Shown: piece by piece, positions 36,863 through 47,132 of the stretch
How the letters are laid out: the number at the start of each line of letters is the position of its first letter
How positions within the stretch are numbered: the stretch's first letter is position 1
From: Ascoidea asiatica JCM 7603
Taxonomy: Eukaryota; Fungi; Ascomycota
Reading direction: 5' to 3'
DNA length: 64,000 nt
NCBI GenBank assembly: GCA_001600695.1
Contig: BCKQ01000001.1
Coordinates: 526,577-590,576, forward strand
Made by a program: the position numbers and the translations under genes
Notes under the pieces: generated by a model
The model's input: the letters and a program-made list of their open reading frames with translations, nothing else
Told to the model about the DNA's origin: nothing
Database searches by the model: none

Positions 36863-39838
36863 ATGTCTTTAATTAATAATAGCATTGATTCCAATATTAA
36901 ACTTGTTCAAAATCAAAATCAAATTCCTCCTCCATTACCAAAAAGATCAATTTCAAATTCAATTTCAAATTCAATCTCCAATAACAATAATAATATAACT
37001 CCAAAGAAGAGAACTTCTTTAATGAATGCTGGCATTCAGACTCCTTCTTCGTATAATTCTCCTTCATCTTCTTCTTTAAATAATTCTCAAATGCCTCGAA
37101 AACATTCAAGCTCAAATTCAAATCCAAATTCAATTTCATATTCAAATCCAAATTCAAATTCTTCAAACTCAACTTCTGTTTCTTCAAACATTACTACTAA
37201 TAATACCACTCCCAACATAAATAATAATAGTAATAATAATAACCATAATAATAATAATAATAGTGATGATTTTAATAATAATTTAAATGATCTAATAAAT
37301 TCTTTTAGAAATCCTTCTGCTTTATTAGATCAAAATGATATATCTTCAACTTATAATTTAGGAGTAATTCTATTAAAAAAACAATTTGATTTAAATAATT
37401 TTAATATATCTTTTAAATCAGAATTATTTTATAATATTAAAAATTCAAAAAAATTCTTAAGATATAAATTTGATACTTTTTATCAAAATCAAATTAATAA
37501 TGATAATGATAATATTAATAACTTAAATGATAATTTAAATGATTCAAATAATCAAATACTTTTAATAGATAATTCAAATTCAAATCAAATTATTGATTGG
37601 AAATTTTTTTATCAAATTATGAATAATTTTCCTCATTATTTTAAAAAATTTAAATCTTTAAAAAAATTTGAAAAAAAAATTTCAACATATTCTTTACCTT
37701 TTAATTTAAGATCAATTTTATATCCTTTTATTACAAATTCAAAATCAACAAAATTAGAATCAATTTATCAAAAAATTATTATTTTTTATAATGAATATAA
37801 AACAAATAAATTAAATAATAATAATGAGAATAATAATAGTACTGATGATTTATTAGAGAAAAAACTAAATTATTTAATTTTAAAAATTAAAAATTTATTC
37901 AAATTAAATCCTTCAAGTGAAATTAATAGTAATTTATTAGAAATTTTAACCAATTTTTGGTTGTATTATGAGAAATTTAATGTTTTGAATATCAATAATA
38001 ATAATAATAATCAAGAAAGTTATCCAAATAAAGATTTATTTCAAGAATTTTATTTACCTTCAAGAACTATAATAATTTTATGTAATTTATTATTAAAAAA
38101 TTTTAAAAATAATTCAGATAATTCTTTAAATAATGCAGAAATTTTTTCTTTATTAATTTCATTTTATGAAAATTATTTTAATTTTAATGATAATGAAGAT
38201 TTTTATATTTATAAATCAATAAATAATTTACAACTTTCCATTTTAGCAAATAATTATAATAAAGATAAATTAACTTATATTTTAAATAGATCTTTAGAAC
38301 AATATTTCCCTGAACTATTATTATTTCTTTCAACTAATGGTATTTCTTCTGATTTAATTATTAATCATTATTTATTTCAATTTTTTTTTAATTTATCTGA
38401 TAATAAAAAAATATTTGATAATGATCCACCTAAATTACCTTCAAGACCCACACCTTCTTCAAGAAAACCTTCAATTTCTCAAAATTCTCCAGTTAATTAT
38501 GATCTTTCTATAGAACAATTATTCAAATTACTTGATATGGTTTTATTTGAAGGTATTGAATACTTATTTAGATTTATTTTATTAATTTTTAAAAAAAATT
38601 ATAATGAAATTTTTAAAATTAAAAATGGAAAAGACTTATTAATTTTTTTGAAAAGTAATGAAATTTTAAAATTTTTAAAATCAGAAAAATATAAAATTCA
38701 AGAAATTGAAGTTAATGAAGAAGAATTTTTAAATATTCAAGAAAATGAACAAGAAGGTGCAATTGTTGAAATTTTACCTGAACAATTAATCAGTAAAAAT
38801 AAAGATAAAGGAAAACATAAAGAAGATTTGAAACATAATTCTAAAAATAATGAAATTAATGATATTGATACAACAATAGTTTTAGAATCAAATCTTAAAG
38901 AAATCAAAGAAGAAAATGAAGATGAAGTTGAAAATGATAAAAAAGGTAAAGATAAGAAAGATTCAAAAGAGAATGAGCATACGTTTCATATAAGGATTAA
39001 GAGCCCTAAAACCTTCAATGATTTCATCAAAGAAAGTTTAAACTTTCATCCCTTTTTACACAAGTTTGAGGAAGAGTTTAAAATTTTAGATGATACTTTA
39101 AAAAGAAAAAATGGGGAAATCATAGAAAGTGATTTAGAAATTGGAAACATAATGGATGATGATGATGCGGAGCATAATTCCTCTATTGTTGACAAGGACT
39201 CTTTATTCGATAGAAGAACTAGTAATGGTAATAATAATACTCGCAAAGTTTCAAAAAGTTCAGTTGTTTCTCCAATATCATCAGTTTCTAATTCTTCTAC
39301 CAATATAAAAAGTAGTTTTAGTATGAATCTAGGAACAAATAGTTCTTTAAATGATGCAAACATTGAATTAAAAAATCTTAGAAAATCAGTTAGTATACTT
39401 GAAGAAAAAAAATTAAAAGTAGAAAGTAATCTTGCAACTTTGAAACCTACTCATGAAAGTTATATTGTGGAAAATATTAAAAATAGAGATATCTTAAGTG
39501 ATTCTGCAAAATTGAACAAAGAATTAAAACTCAAAAAATCCCAATTGGAAAATGAATTAAATAATTTGCAAATGATTCAAAATCTTCACATAACTAGAAA
39601 TAGAAATATCAAAACTCAACAGATCAATGATGACCTTAAATTACAAGTGGAAAGCTTACAAAAAACTGTAAGCAACTTTGAAAAAGAAAAAAAGGAAAAT
39701 GAATTGGCTAGATTAGAAAGAGAAAAACAAAAAGCTGAAGCCAGCCATGAAAAGCAAAATAGTTTCAATGGATTATTGAATGCTTCAAATGGGCTAAAAG
39801 GTTTGGGACGAAGATTTTCTGTCAGAAGAAAAAAGTGA
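36863..39838 (+). CDS. Divergent Rab-GAP TBC-domain protein (Gyp5/Gyl1-like) with C-terminal coiled coil
   Basis: Pro-rich N-terminus (PPPLPKR); IDWKFFYQIMNNF, LPFNLRSILYPFITNSKS..LESIY, LNRSLEQYFPEL and LLDMVLFEGIEYLFRF resemble Gyp5-family TBC segments; heptad-rich C-terminus. Confidence 0.7.
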   Translation: MSLINNSIDSNIKLVQNQNQIPPPLPKRSISNSISNSISNNNNNITPKKRTSLMNAGIQTPSSYNSPSSSSLNNSQMPRKHSSSNSNPNSISYSNPNSNSSNSTSVSSNITTNNTTPNINNNSNNNNHNNNNNSDDFNNNLNDLINSFRNPSALLDQNDISSTYNLGVILLKKQFDLNNFNISFKSELFYNIKNSKKFLRYKFDTFYQNQINNDNDNINNLNDNLNDSNNQILLIDNSNSNQIIDWKFFYQIMNNFPHYFKKFKSLKKFEKKISTYSLPFNLRSILYPFITNSKSTKLESIYQKIIIFYNEYKTNKLNNNNENNNSTDDLLEKKLNYLILKIKNLFKLNPSSEINSNLLEILTNFWLYYEKFNVLNINNNNNNQESYPNKDLFQEFYLPSRTIIILCNLLLKNFKNNSDNSLNNAEIFSLLISFYENYFNFNDNEDFYIYKSINNLQLSILANNYNKDKLTYILNRSLEQYFPELLLFLSTNGISSDLIINHYLFQFFFNLSDNKKIFDNDPPKLPSRPTPSSRKPSISQNSPVNYDLSIEQLFKLLDMVLFEGIEYLFRFILLIFKKNYNEIFKIKNGKDLLIFLKSNEILKFLKSEKYKIQEIEVNEEEFLNIQENEQEGAIVEILPEQLISKNKDKGKHKEDLKHNSKNNEINDIDTTIVLESNLKEIKEENEDEVENDKKGKDKKDSKENEHTFHIRIKSPKTFNDFIKESLNFHPFLHKFEEEFKILDDTLKRKNGEIIESDLEIGNIMDDDDAEHNSSIVDKDSLFDRRTSNGNNNTRKVSKSSVVSPISSVSNSSTNIKSSFSMNLGTNSSLNDANIELKNLRKSVSILEEKKLKVESNLATLKPTHESYIVENIKNRDILSDSAKLNKELKLKKSQLENELNNLQMIQNLHITRNRNIKTQQINDDLKLQVESLQKTVSNFEKEKKENELARLEREKQKAEASHEKQNSFNGLLNASNGLKGLGRRFSVRRKK

Positions 39839-39955
39839 TTTTTTTATTTTTCTCTCTTAGCAATATTTTTGAAATGTACATACGATATATATCGTAATTT
39901 ACAATTGTTTTTGCAAACGAATTACTTTGTTCGATAATTATAAGTTATAATATCA

Positions 39956-42010
39956 TCATATATTTCTATTAATCTTTCTTCTAGAAATACAAGTTCTACC
40001 AAATGAATAAGCCAACCCTATCGCAAAATAGAACACCATAAGTATTGAAAATATTATAATGACCATTCTTAATAAATCTCTTGTCTCATCTAGTACTTTA
40101 AAGAACATTGTATTTAGTACTACGGTTGAACTTTGATTTTGATTCAGGGACTCGATGGTACTTGCTTCCCAAGATATATTACCGATTATAAAAATATCTT
40201 CTATCTGAGAGGAGATGCTTTCTTTCAAACTTTCAAACAAAGTTGTTGAATAATCATCACTTTCATCGCTATCAAACCAATCTTCAATGATTTCTGTTGT
40301 TGATTCAATCACTTCTTGGAAAAAATCCTCAAGAATTGAAGAGTATTCAATTTCATTTGTTGCTGAAGATCTTTTTCTTTTGGAAGAATATGATGAAAGA
40401 TCTGTTGAAATGTAATCCATATTTAAAAAATGATTTTTGTAATGTTTGAGATATAAAAAGTTGATTATAAAAAATAAATCAAATTGAAATAGCGTTAAAA
40501 AATTTGAGCCTGAAGGTAAACTGAATAGATAATTTAATAACCAATTAAATTGAATAAAGTAAATTTGACCCAATTTTTGAAATTTTGTTCCAATTCTTTC
40601 AATATTGAGAAGCAAATCAATTGATTTATGTATCAAAGGATTGTTTAAATGGGACATTAAACTTATTGGATCCATTTTTCTTTCTGATCTTTGCAAATCT
40701 TCATTATTATTTTCGTCTTTACTCAAATAAAAACTTCTGAAAGGTAAAGAAACTAAAAAAGAATTTGAATCTTCTTGTTGGATTCTAAAGTTTAGCCAAT
40801 TTATTATCATGTCGGACAGAATTATTAAAAATATTAAACATAGAATTATTATCAAATTTCTTTTAAATAAAGAATTTCCAAGATTTTTAAAATTCAGCTG
40901 AATAGTGGTGCTATTATTATTATCATCATTGATATTATCATCATCGATAACTATTGTACTTGAATTTTTGACAGTGAAGTAATTATCAGAGTTTTTAAAA
41001 CTAGATAGATTCTCATTATATGAATTCCTCAAAAGATCAGTTAAATTTGAAAATTTCTTGTTCAATTTGTTCAAATTTGAAGAATTTGAGGAATATAAAG
41101 AATAATCTGAATCATTCAAATTTAAAATTTTTTTATCAATTGAATTGATTAATTGATTTTTTATTATTTTGGTAGAGTTATTTGCAAAACTTTTGACTTT
41201 TGATAATGCTTTATAATTTGAATCATTGAATGAATTTTTTTCTTCTATTAATAATTCATTTAGATTTGAAATAAATATAGATGATAAATTTTTGAAAGGA
41301 CTATTCAATAAAGAATTTGAATCGATTATAGTTCCATTATTCATCAAAGTATCTATTGTATCACTTAAAGTAGAATCAAAAGAAATTGAATCACTTTCAA
41401 TTGTTGTCAAAGTATCATAAATATTTTTATTTAATTCTGTTAAATTATTTACAATTGTTAAATTTAAATTTGAGAAAGAATTCAATTCAGATTTATTAAA
41501 ACTTTCAAAATTTGATTCAATAGTTGAATAATTAAAATTTATTAAACTTGATAAATTTGAATAATTTATTGAAGGATTGAATTTGTTAATTGAAGATATT
41601 ATTTTATTTAAATAATTAGAATTATTATCTAAAATTTCATTTACTAGGTAATCAGTTTCTTCCGAAATTGCATAAATTGAAGAATTGAAACTTTCTTCAG
41701 ATAAATCCAAGATTAAATTAAATGATTTTTCAGTAGAATTTATAATATTTTCAAATTTTATATAATTCACATACTCTGAAGTAAAATAGTTTTCTGATTC
41801 CAAATTAATAGTAGAATTTGAATTTGAATTGGTTAGGATAGAATAAGATAAATTTGAAAAAAATATTGAAAAAATCTTCAAATTTATAATCAAAATTATA
41901 GCTAAAATTACTCTGAGATTTATAAATGAGTAAGTTAATTTTGATCTTAAACAAAGATATGGAGTTGGAGAGTCTATTCTATTACCTGTTTTTAAATCGA
42001 AATCTAGCAT
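39956..42010 (-). CDS. PRM1: Divergent plasma membrane fusion protein Prm1
   Basis: N-terminal PYLCLRSKLTYSFINLRVILAIILI resembles the Prm1 PYLxLxxRLSQxWxNxxT consensus. Large loop rich in N-glycosylation sequons, internal TM, DPISL...NNP...FNWLLNYLFS segment, C-terminal TM; 684 aa. Confidence 0.7.
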   Translation of the reverse strand: MLDFDLKTGNRIDSPTPYLCLRSKLTYSFINLRVILAIILIINLKIFSIFFSNLSYSILTNSNSNSTINLESENYFTSEYVNYIKFENIINSTEKSFNLILDLSEESFNSSIYAISEETDYLVNEILDNNSNYLNKIISSINKFNPSINYSNLSSLINFNYSTIESNFESFNKSELNSFSNLNLTIVNNLTELNKNIYDTLTTIESDSISFDSTLSDTIDTLMNNGTIIDSNSLLNSPFKNLSSIFISNLNELLIEEKNSFNDSNYKALSKVKSFANNSTKIIKNQLINSIDKKILNLNDSDYSLYSSNSSNLNKLNKKFSNLTDLLRNSYNENLSSFKNSDNYFTVKNSSTIVIDDDNINDDNNNSTTIQLNFKNLGNSLFKRNLIIILCLIFLIILSDMIINWLNFRIQQEDSNSFLVSLPFRSFYLSKDENNNEDLQRSERKMDPISLMSHLNNPLIHKSIDLLLNIERIGTKFQKLGQIYFIQFNWLLNYLFSLPSGSNFLTLFQFDLFFIINFLYLKHYKNHFLNMDYISTDLSSYSSKRKRSSATNEIEYSSILEDFFQEVIESTTEIIEDWFDSDESDDYSTTLFESLKESISSQIEDIFIIGNISWEASTIESLNQNQSSTVVLNTMFFKVLDETRDLLRMVIIIFSILMVFYFAIGLAYSFGRTCISRRKINRNI

Positions 42011-42526
42011 TGAAAATTTTTCTTTATATATTTCTTAGTTTTTCATGTAAAAAAATAATTTTAATATTTTTTTTTCCTTCATAACAATAAGATAAAAGCT
42101 TTAATTAAAATATATAAATTAACACCTTTATATTTTATTGTCATTTCAAAGAAGAAGCTATTATATAAAGGAAGTTCACTTTAATCATTTTGAATGATTC
42201 CTGTTAAAGTTTTATTGACAAATTCATAAAAGTTAGAGCTAATTCTATATATCATATTTATTAAATTTGTAACAGTGTAGAACAATGTTGACTAAGTATT
42301 ATTTGTTCATTAAAGCTTAGAGGTGAACAGTAAGAATCAAAATCATATTCAATTGTTAAGAAACTAATGAAAAGAAATGCTAAGAAAAGTTTCAATAAGA
42401 TAAGTTAGAATATGATATACCTTAATATTTTTTCAGAGATAATCACTTCATATTTAAAAAAAATGATTGGTTTTCAAGCAAAAAAATTGGAAATTATAAT
42501 TAGGAAATCAAAATTATGTTTTGATT

Positions 42527-42534
42527 ATGTTTCA
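42527..42534 (-). promoter_or_regulatory. Pheromone response element (Ste12, TGAAACA) upstream of PRM1
   Basis: ATGTTTCA on plus equals TGAAACAT on minus, about 520 bp upstream of the PRM1 ATG. A single short AT-rich motif could occur by chance. Confidence 0.4.
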
Positions 42535-44007
42535 AGCTTTTACACATACTCGTACAGTGACAAATACTGATTACAATGATCACGTGTTTTTGCTTTTGAG
42601 CCTTCTTTAAATCCGCACATTTTTCCTAAAAAAATAATGTGGCTGATTAGGGCATAACTTTTTCAATTTTCTAGCGCAAAACCTTAAGTAAACCCTAAAT
42701 TTTATTATTTTAAGTTTAGGATAAAACGGTCAAAACACAATTTAAACGTTAAGTTATTTGAAGTGCCAACTCTAAATATCGAAGTTGGCCAAAATCTGGA
42801 AAAAAACAAAATATAAAATAAAACATGAGCCAAGAAGTATTTCAACGACAAGTTTATGTTTTTGTTACTCTTCAGAAAACTACAAAAACTAAGCAGATCT
42901 TTTTTCTGGGCTTTGATATTTAACATTTAAAAGATTTGAGAAAAGAAAAACAGCAAGAAAGTTTACATGAAACCCTTTTCGAGGATAGATTTTTTTGTAT
43001 TGTTGCTTCAAACAATATAAAAAATATATTACTTGAAAGTAGAGCTAGAACTTTGATCTATAACAGTGATAAAAGCATTTGAGGAATATACTACAAGTGT
43101 TTTAGCTCTTAGAAAAAAAAAATCAATTATTACTTCAATAATCCAAGAAGGAAAAAACAAAATTTTCGCATACTATTATATAAAAGCTTTTTCAGTTCGA
43201 TTTCCGATTTTGATTTTGGGGTCTAAAGAAATGAAGTATCCTATTTTCTACTTGAACTTTTAGTATAAACAATAATAGCCAGTGTAATGCTAATTTGAAA
43301 ATTGACATCTAAAAAGTTTAATATCTCTGATATATTGGAAATGAAGACTTTATTGAACTTAGTTTTGAAGACTTAGCAAAAGATGAAGGACAAGTGAACT
43401 TGAATTCTATAAGCAGCTTTTAATCAATAACCAATCTCTACTCAAATTTTTAAAATTTATAAAGTGTTGTTATTGTACAACTCAGCTTGAAGAAGTAAGT
43501 GACAAGATATATTACTGAAAAATCTATTTCTTTCATAAAATTGAAAGAAACCTATACAAAGTTTTAATAAAACATTAGTTAATAAAAAGCTAAAATTCTA
43601 ACTAACATAGTTAAATCATTGATATTGTTGAACCTAAAACTGGTAGATTGTTTGAAAAGACATTCTCGAATTTTCCTCAAAATTTATAAATTTGGAAGAA
43701 ATAAATTTTATTATACATAAATCACTTAAGGGCCAGTTCACGATTGATTTGGCATCATTGAAAAGTTTTTTTTTAGGTTCTTTTTTGGGAAGGCAATGAA
43801 CGATATGTTTTACCAGATTTCATTAATAGAATAAAGTTATAGTACATATTGACTTTGATGAGTGTGATATATTATCAAAATAATGTTAATTTATTTTTGA
43901 AACTGAATATTTATAAAAAAGTTTTTTATTTGTTTCAAAAATAATATAAATATTTTACTAAAACAAGGATAAGTTTGAATGAATAGGCAATCGAGTATAT
44001 TACTGAC

Positions 44008-45822
44008 CTAGAAATCTGTAAGCAGATAAGTTCCTCTTTTCGCATGCCTTCTATACCAACTAATATCAACAAATCTCAAAATATCCACCGATTCGTTTCT
44101 TGTATATCCACTTTGAGTAGTATCTGACAAACTTTTCACAAATTTTAAATCCTTATTACCTCTAAGATCAAGATACTTTATATTTTTATTAAGAGTTTTT
44201 CCAATCAAAATCGATATGGATTTAATTTTATTATATTGTAAATCTAAAATCTTAAGATTACCTAAATAGCTAAAATTTTTAATTTCACTTAATTCATTTT
44301 TTGAAATAAATAATGATTTCAAATTTACTAAATTATTTAAATTTTCTAAATTTTTAATATGATTTGAATTTAAAAATAATTTCTTTAAGTTAATTAACTC
44401 ATTTAAATATTCTATTTTGGCAATTTGATTTTTTGATAAATCTAAAACTGTGAGATTTTTTAAATTATCTAGATTTTCAATTTTTTTAATTTTATTAGTA
44501 TTTAGATAAAGAATTTTTAAAAATTTAAATGAATCTAATCTACCAATTTTTTCTATTTGATTTAAACTTAAATCTAAAATTTCAAGATTTACTAAATTAC
44601 CTAAATTTTCAATTTCACTTAGATTATTTCCTGAAATGTATAAAGATTTTAAATTTACTAAATCATTTAAATTTTTCAATTTAGATATTTGATTTCCTGA
44701 TAAATTTAAAATTTCAAGATTTTTTAAATTATTTAAATTTTCAATTTTTTCAATTTTATTATTTTGTAAATATAATTTTTTTAAATTAATTAAATAATTT
44801 AAATTTTCTATTTTAACTATTTTATTTCTTGTAAAATTCAAGACCTTTAAATTATCTAGAAGAGAAATTTCATCAGTTAAATTTGAGATAAAATTATCTG
44901 ATAAATCTAAAAATATTAAATTTTTTGGTAAATTTTCTAACACTGAGATTAAAGATTTATTGAAATATAAAACTTTTAAACTTTTAAAACCTTTTAAAAA
45001 ATCAGGGATTATTTTAAATTTTAAACCTTTTAAAGCAATAAATTTTAAATTTGATAAATTTGAGAAATTTGCACAATTGAATAAAAAAGGTTCATCTTGT
45101 TCTGGATTAAAAAATTGCTCACAATATCTAATATATAAATATTCAAGATTTGTACAAAATTTTAAAATATATAAAAAAGTAGCATTTTTTAAGTATGAAT
45201 TTACTAATGTTTTTAAGTATTTACAAGATAATAAAAACTCAATTGAAAAATTAAAATAAGAATCTCCAATAATTTCATAATTTGAAAAATCTCTAAGAGA
45301 TAAAATTTGTCTTGCTTGAGTACCAGAGTTAAATTTAAAATTAAATTCAGTATAATTAGGATATTGAGTATCAGTTACTGAATTTTGATATACAAAATTC
45401 TTTAAATTTTCGAATTGATCTTTTAAATTCAAACTGAAATCTTTTGCAAGAAGAAAAAATTCAAAATCTAATTTTAAATTAGTTATGAAATTTGAATTTT
45501 GTTTAAAAAATTTTGAAATATAAATTATATTATTTTCATTATAAGCTTCTGCGATTTTGAAATAAACAATATTTTTCCACTGATTTTTATCAATTTCTAT
45601 AGATAGTGAAATTGAATTTTTAAGTGATTTCAAAGATTTTAGATTTGTTGGTCTCTCTTTACTTTTATAAAAAATACTAATATTTTTAAAAAGTAAATCT
45701 TTTGAGATATATTGAATTGAATGAATATTACTTAAAGTTAATAACCATAAGATTTTAGAATTTAAATTATTAAATATCTGTCTGATTATTTGGGAATCCA
45801 ATGAATATTCAATTAAAATCAT
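44008..45822 (-). CDS. Putative F-box + SDS22-like LRR protein, copy A (about 604 aa)
   Basis: Start placed at ATG 45822 (MILIEY...) by homology with the paralogs. Degenerate F-box-like LDSQIIRQIFNNLN; 22-aa LxxLxLxxNxIxxIxNL repeats. Confidence 0.85.
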   Translation of the reverse strand: MILIEYSLDSQIIRQIFNNLNSKILWLLTLSNIHSIQYISKDLLFKNISIFYKSKERPTNLKSLKSLKNSISLSIEIDKNQWKNIVYFKIAEAYNENNIIYISKFFKQNSNFITNLKLDFEFFLLAKDFSLNLKDQFENLKNFVYQNSVTDTQYPNYTEFNFKFNSGTQARQILSLRDFSNYEIIGDSYFNFSIEFLLSCKYLKTLVNSYLKNATFLYILKFCTNLEYLYIRYCEQFFNPEQDEPFLFNCANFSNLSNLKFIALKGLKFKIIPDFLKGFKSLKVLYFNKSLISVLENLPKNLIFLDLSDNFISNLTDEISLLDNLKVLNFTRNKIVKIENLNYLINLKKLYLQNNKIEKIENLNNLKNLEILNLSGNQISKLKNLNDLVNLKSLYISGNNLSEIENLGNLVNLEILDLSLNQIEKIGRLDSFKFLKILYLNTNKIKKIENLDNLKNLTVLDLSKNQIAKIEYLNELINLKKLFLNSNHIKNLENLNNLVNLKSLFISKNELSEIKNFSYLGNLKILDLQYNKIKSISILIGKTLNKNIKYLDLRGNKDLKFVKSLSDTTQSGYTRNESVDILRFVDISWYRRHAKRGTYLLTDF

Positions 45823-45929
45823 TTGAGTGTAGTTGAATTGATATTCGATATTTGATATTGGAAATAATAAAAAAAACAGAGATTTATGTGACTTTTCATT
45901 ACCAAGGAGAATTAAGTTACGATGGCTCA

Positions 45930-47110
45930 CATATATATATATATATATATATATATCAATGAAGTTAAATAAGAATCAAATAATAATAATGTTCTAGTTC
46001 CTCTTCTTATAGTTAATTGACTCATGATTGTTTGAGATTTAGTTTCAAAATTTGTACATATTCGTAACAAAATAAGACTCGAGAAATTATCATAGATTAG
46101 TTTGATCTAAGTTTTGAATATAATAAGATAAAATTTGATAAGCACATTGAGATGAGTTGGTCAACAAGATTGATTCCATTAAATATATTATCTTTCCAAG
46201 ATGAACTTCAATAAATATTGTTTATAATGTCTTGATTGCCATGAAAACTTCGTTTGTTTTTTTAAAGCTTCTTTTATTTGTTTTGGTTCTTTGGAAGTAC
46301 CACAGACATGGAACTTATTTGCATAGCAATACCCGCCCGTTTTTTGAGGGTCTTTGAGCCCCGCACTTTAGAATAGAATGCCCGATATATTTAACCACGT
46401 GTTACGTTTTTTAAATAGTTCCACTTTGAAAGGTTACATTTTCAGTAATAATTATCCAGTTTAATCAAGAAGATATTATATTATTATACAAGAAAGAGAA
46501 GTAGAAGAAAAAAATCGAGAGGCAAATAGGCCCTACAAATAGGCCCTACAAATAACAATAGAGCTGAACGATGATTATTATCATTTCACATGTGAATAAA
46601 AATCAGTCTATATAAAGTCTAGCTTTGATAAAAGCCTTTGTCTATTATTCTCAAGGAACAAATAAATTTATGGAATAATAGAAATGCTATTTAATTAAGT
46701 TTAGAGTATATTGGAAAATTCAGGGCACCTCTGCAGCCGTCGGTGAACCTAAACCTTAGTTTTTAGAATCAAATTCACCGACTTTTTTCTTTAAAAAAGG
46801 GTGCGATACTTGTTTATAATAAACTTTATAGGATTGTAAAAGCTTCCCAAAAATATTTATTAGAATAATAGAAAATTGAAAAAACACTTTTGAACCTTTT
46901 TATTCTTCTTTGGATTAATTAATGTAAAATACTTTTTACTCTACAGTATATATAAAATTTTAAATGGGAAAAGTGGTAATTTTACTGAGAGCCATAAAGA
47001 AAAATTGCATTTTTCTTGATTAATGATAGTGGTTATATTTGAAATGAACAATGAAGATTTTTTTTTTTTATTTTTTTGAATTTTAATCTTTGATAGTTTA
47101 TTGAGCTAAT
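45930..47110. repeat. A-B intergenic spacer, homologous to the B-C spacer (49050-50525): segmental tandem duplication
   Basis: Colinear shared blocks: ~46021-46210 vs ~49114-49300, ~46297-46366 vs ~49428-49497, ~46664-46779 vs ~50100-50217, and AATCTTTGATAGTTTATT near both right ends. Confidence 0.9.
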
Positions 47111-47132
47111 CGTGCCTAGGAAATAGAAAACG

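Noticed and set aside
45823-45930. GTG-initiated N-terminal extension of LRR copy A (likewise TTG 21117 and GTG 13830 starts)
   Set aside because: Eukaryotic genes; paralog alignment, first ATG or intron structure give better starts.
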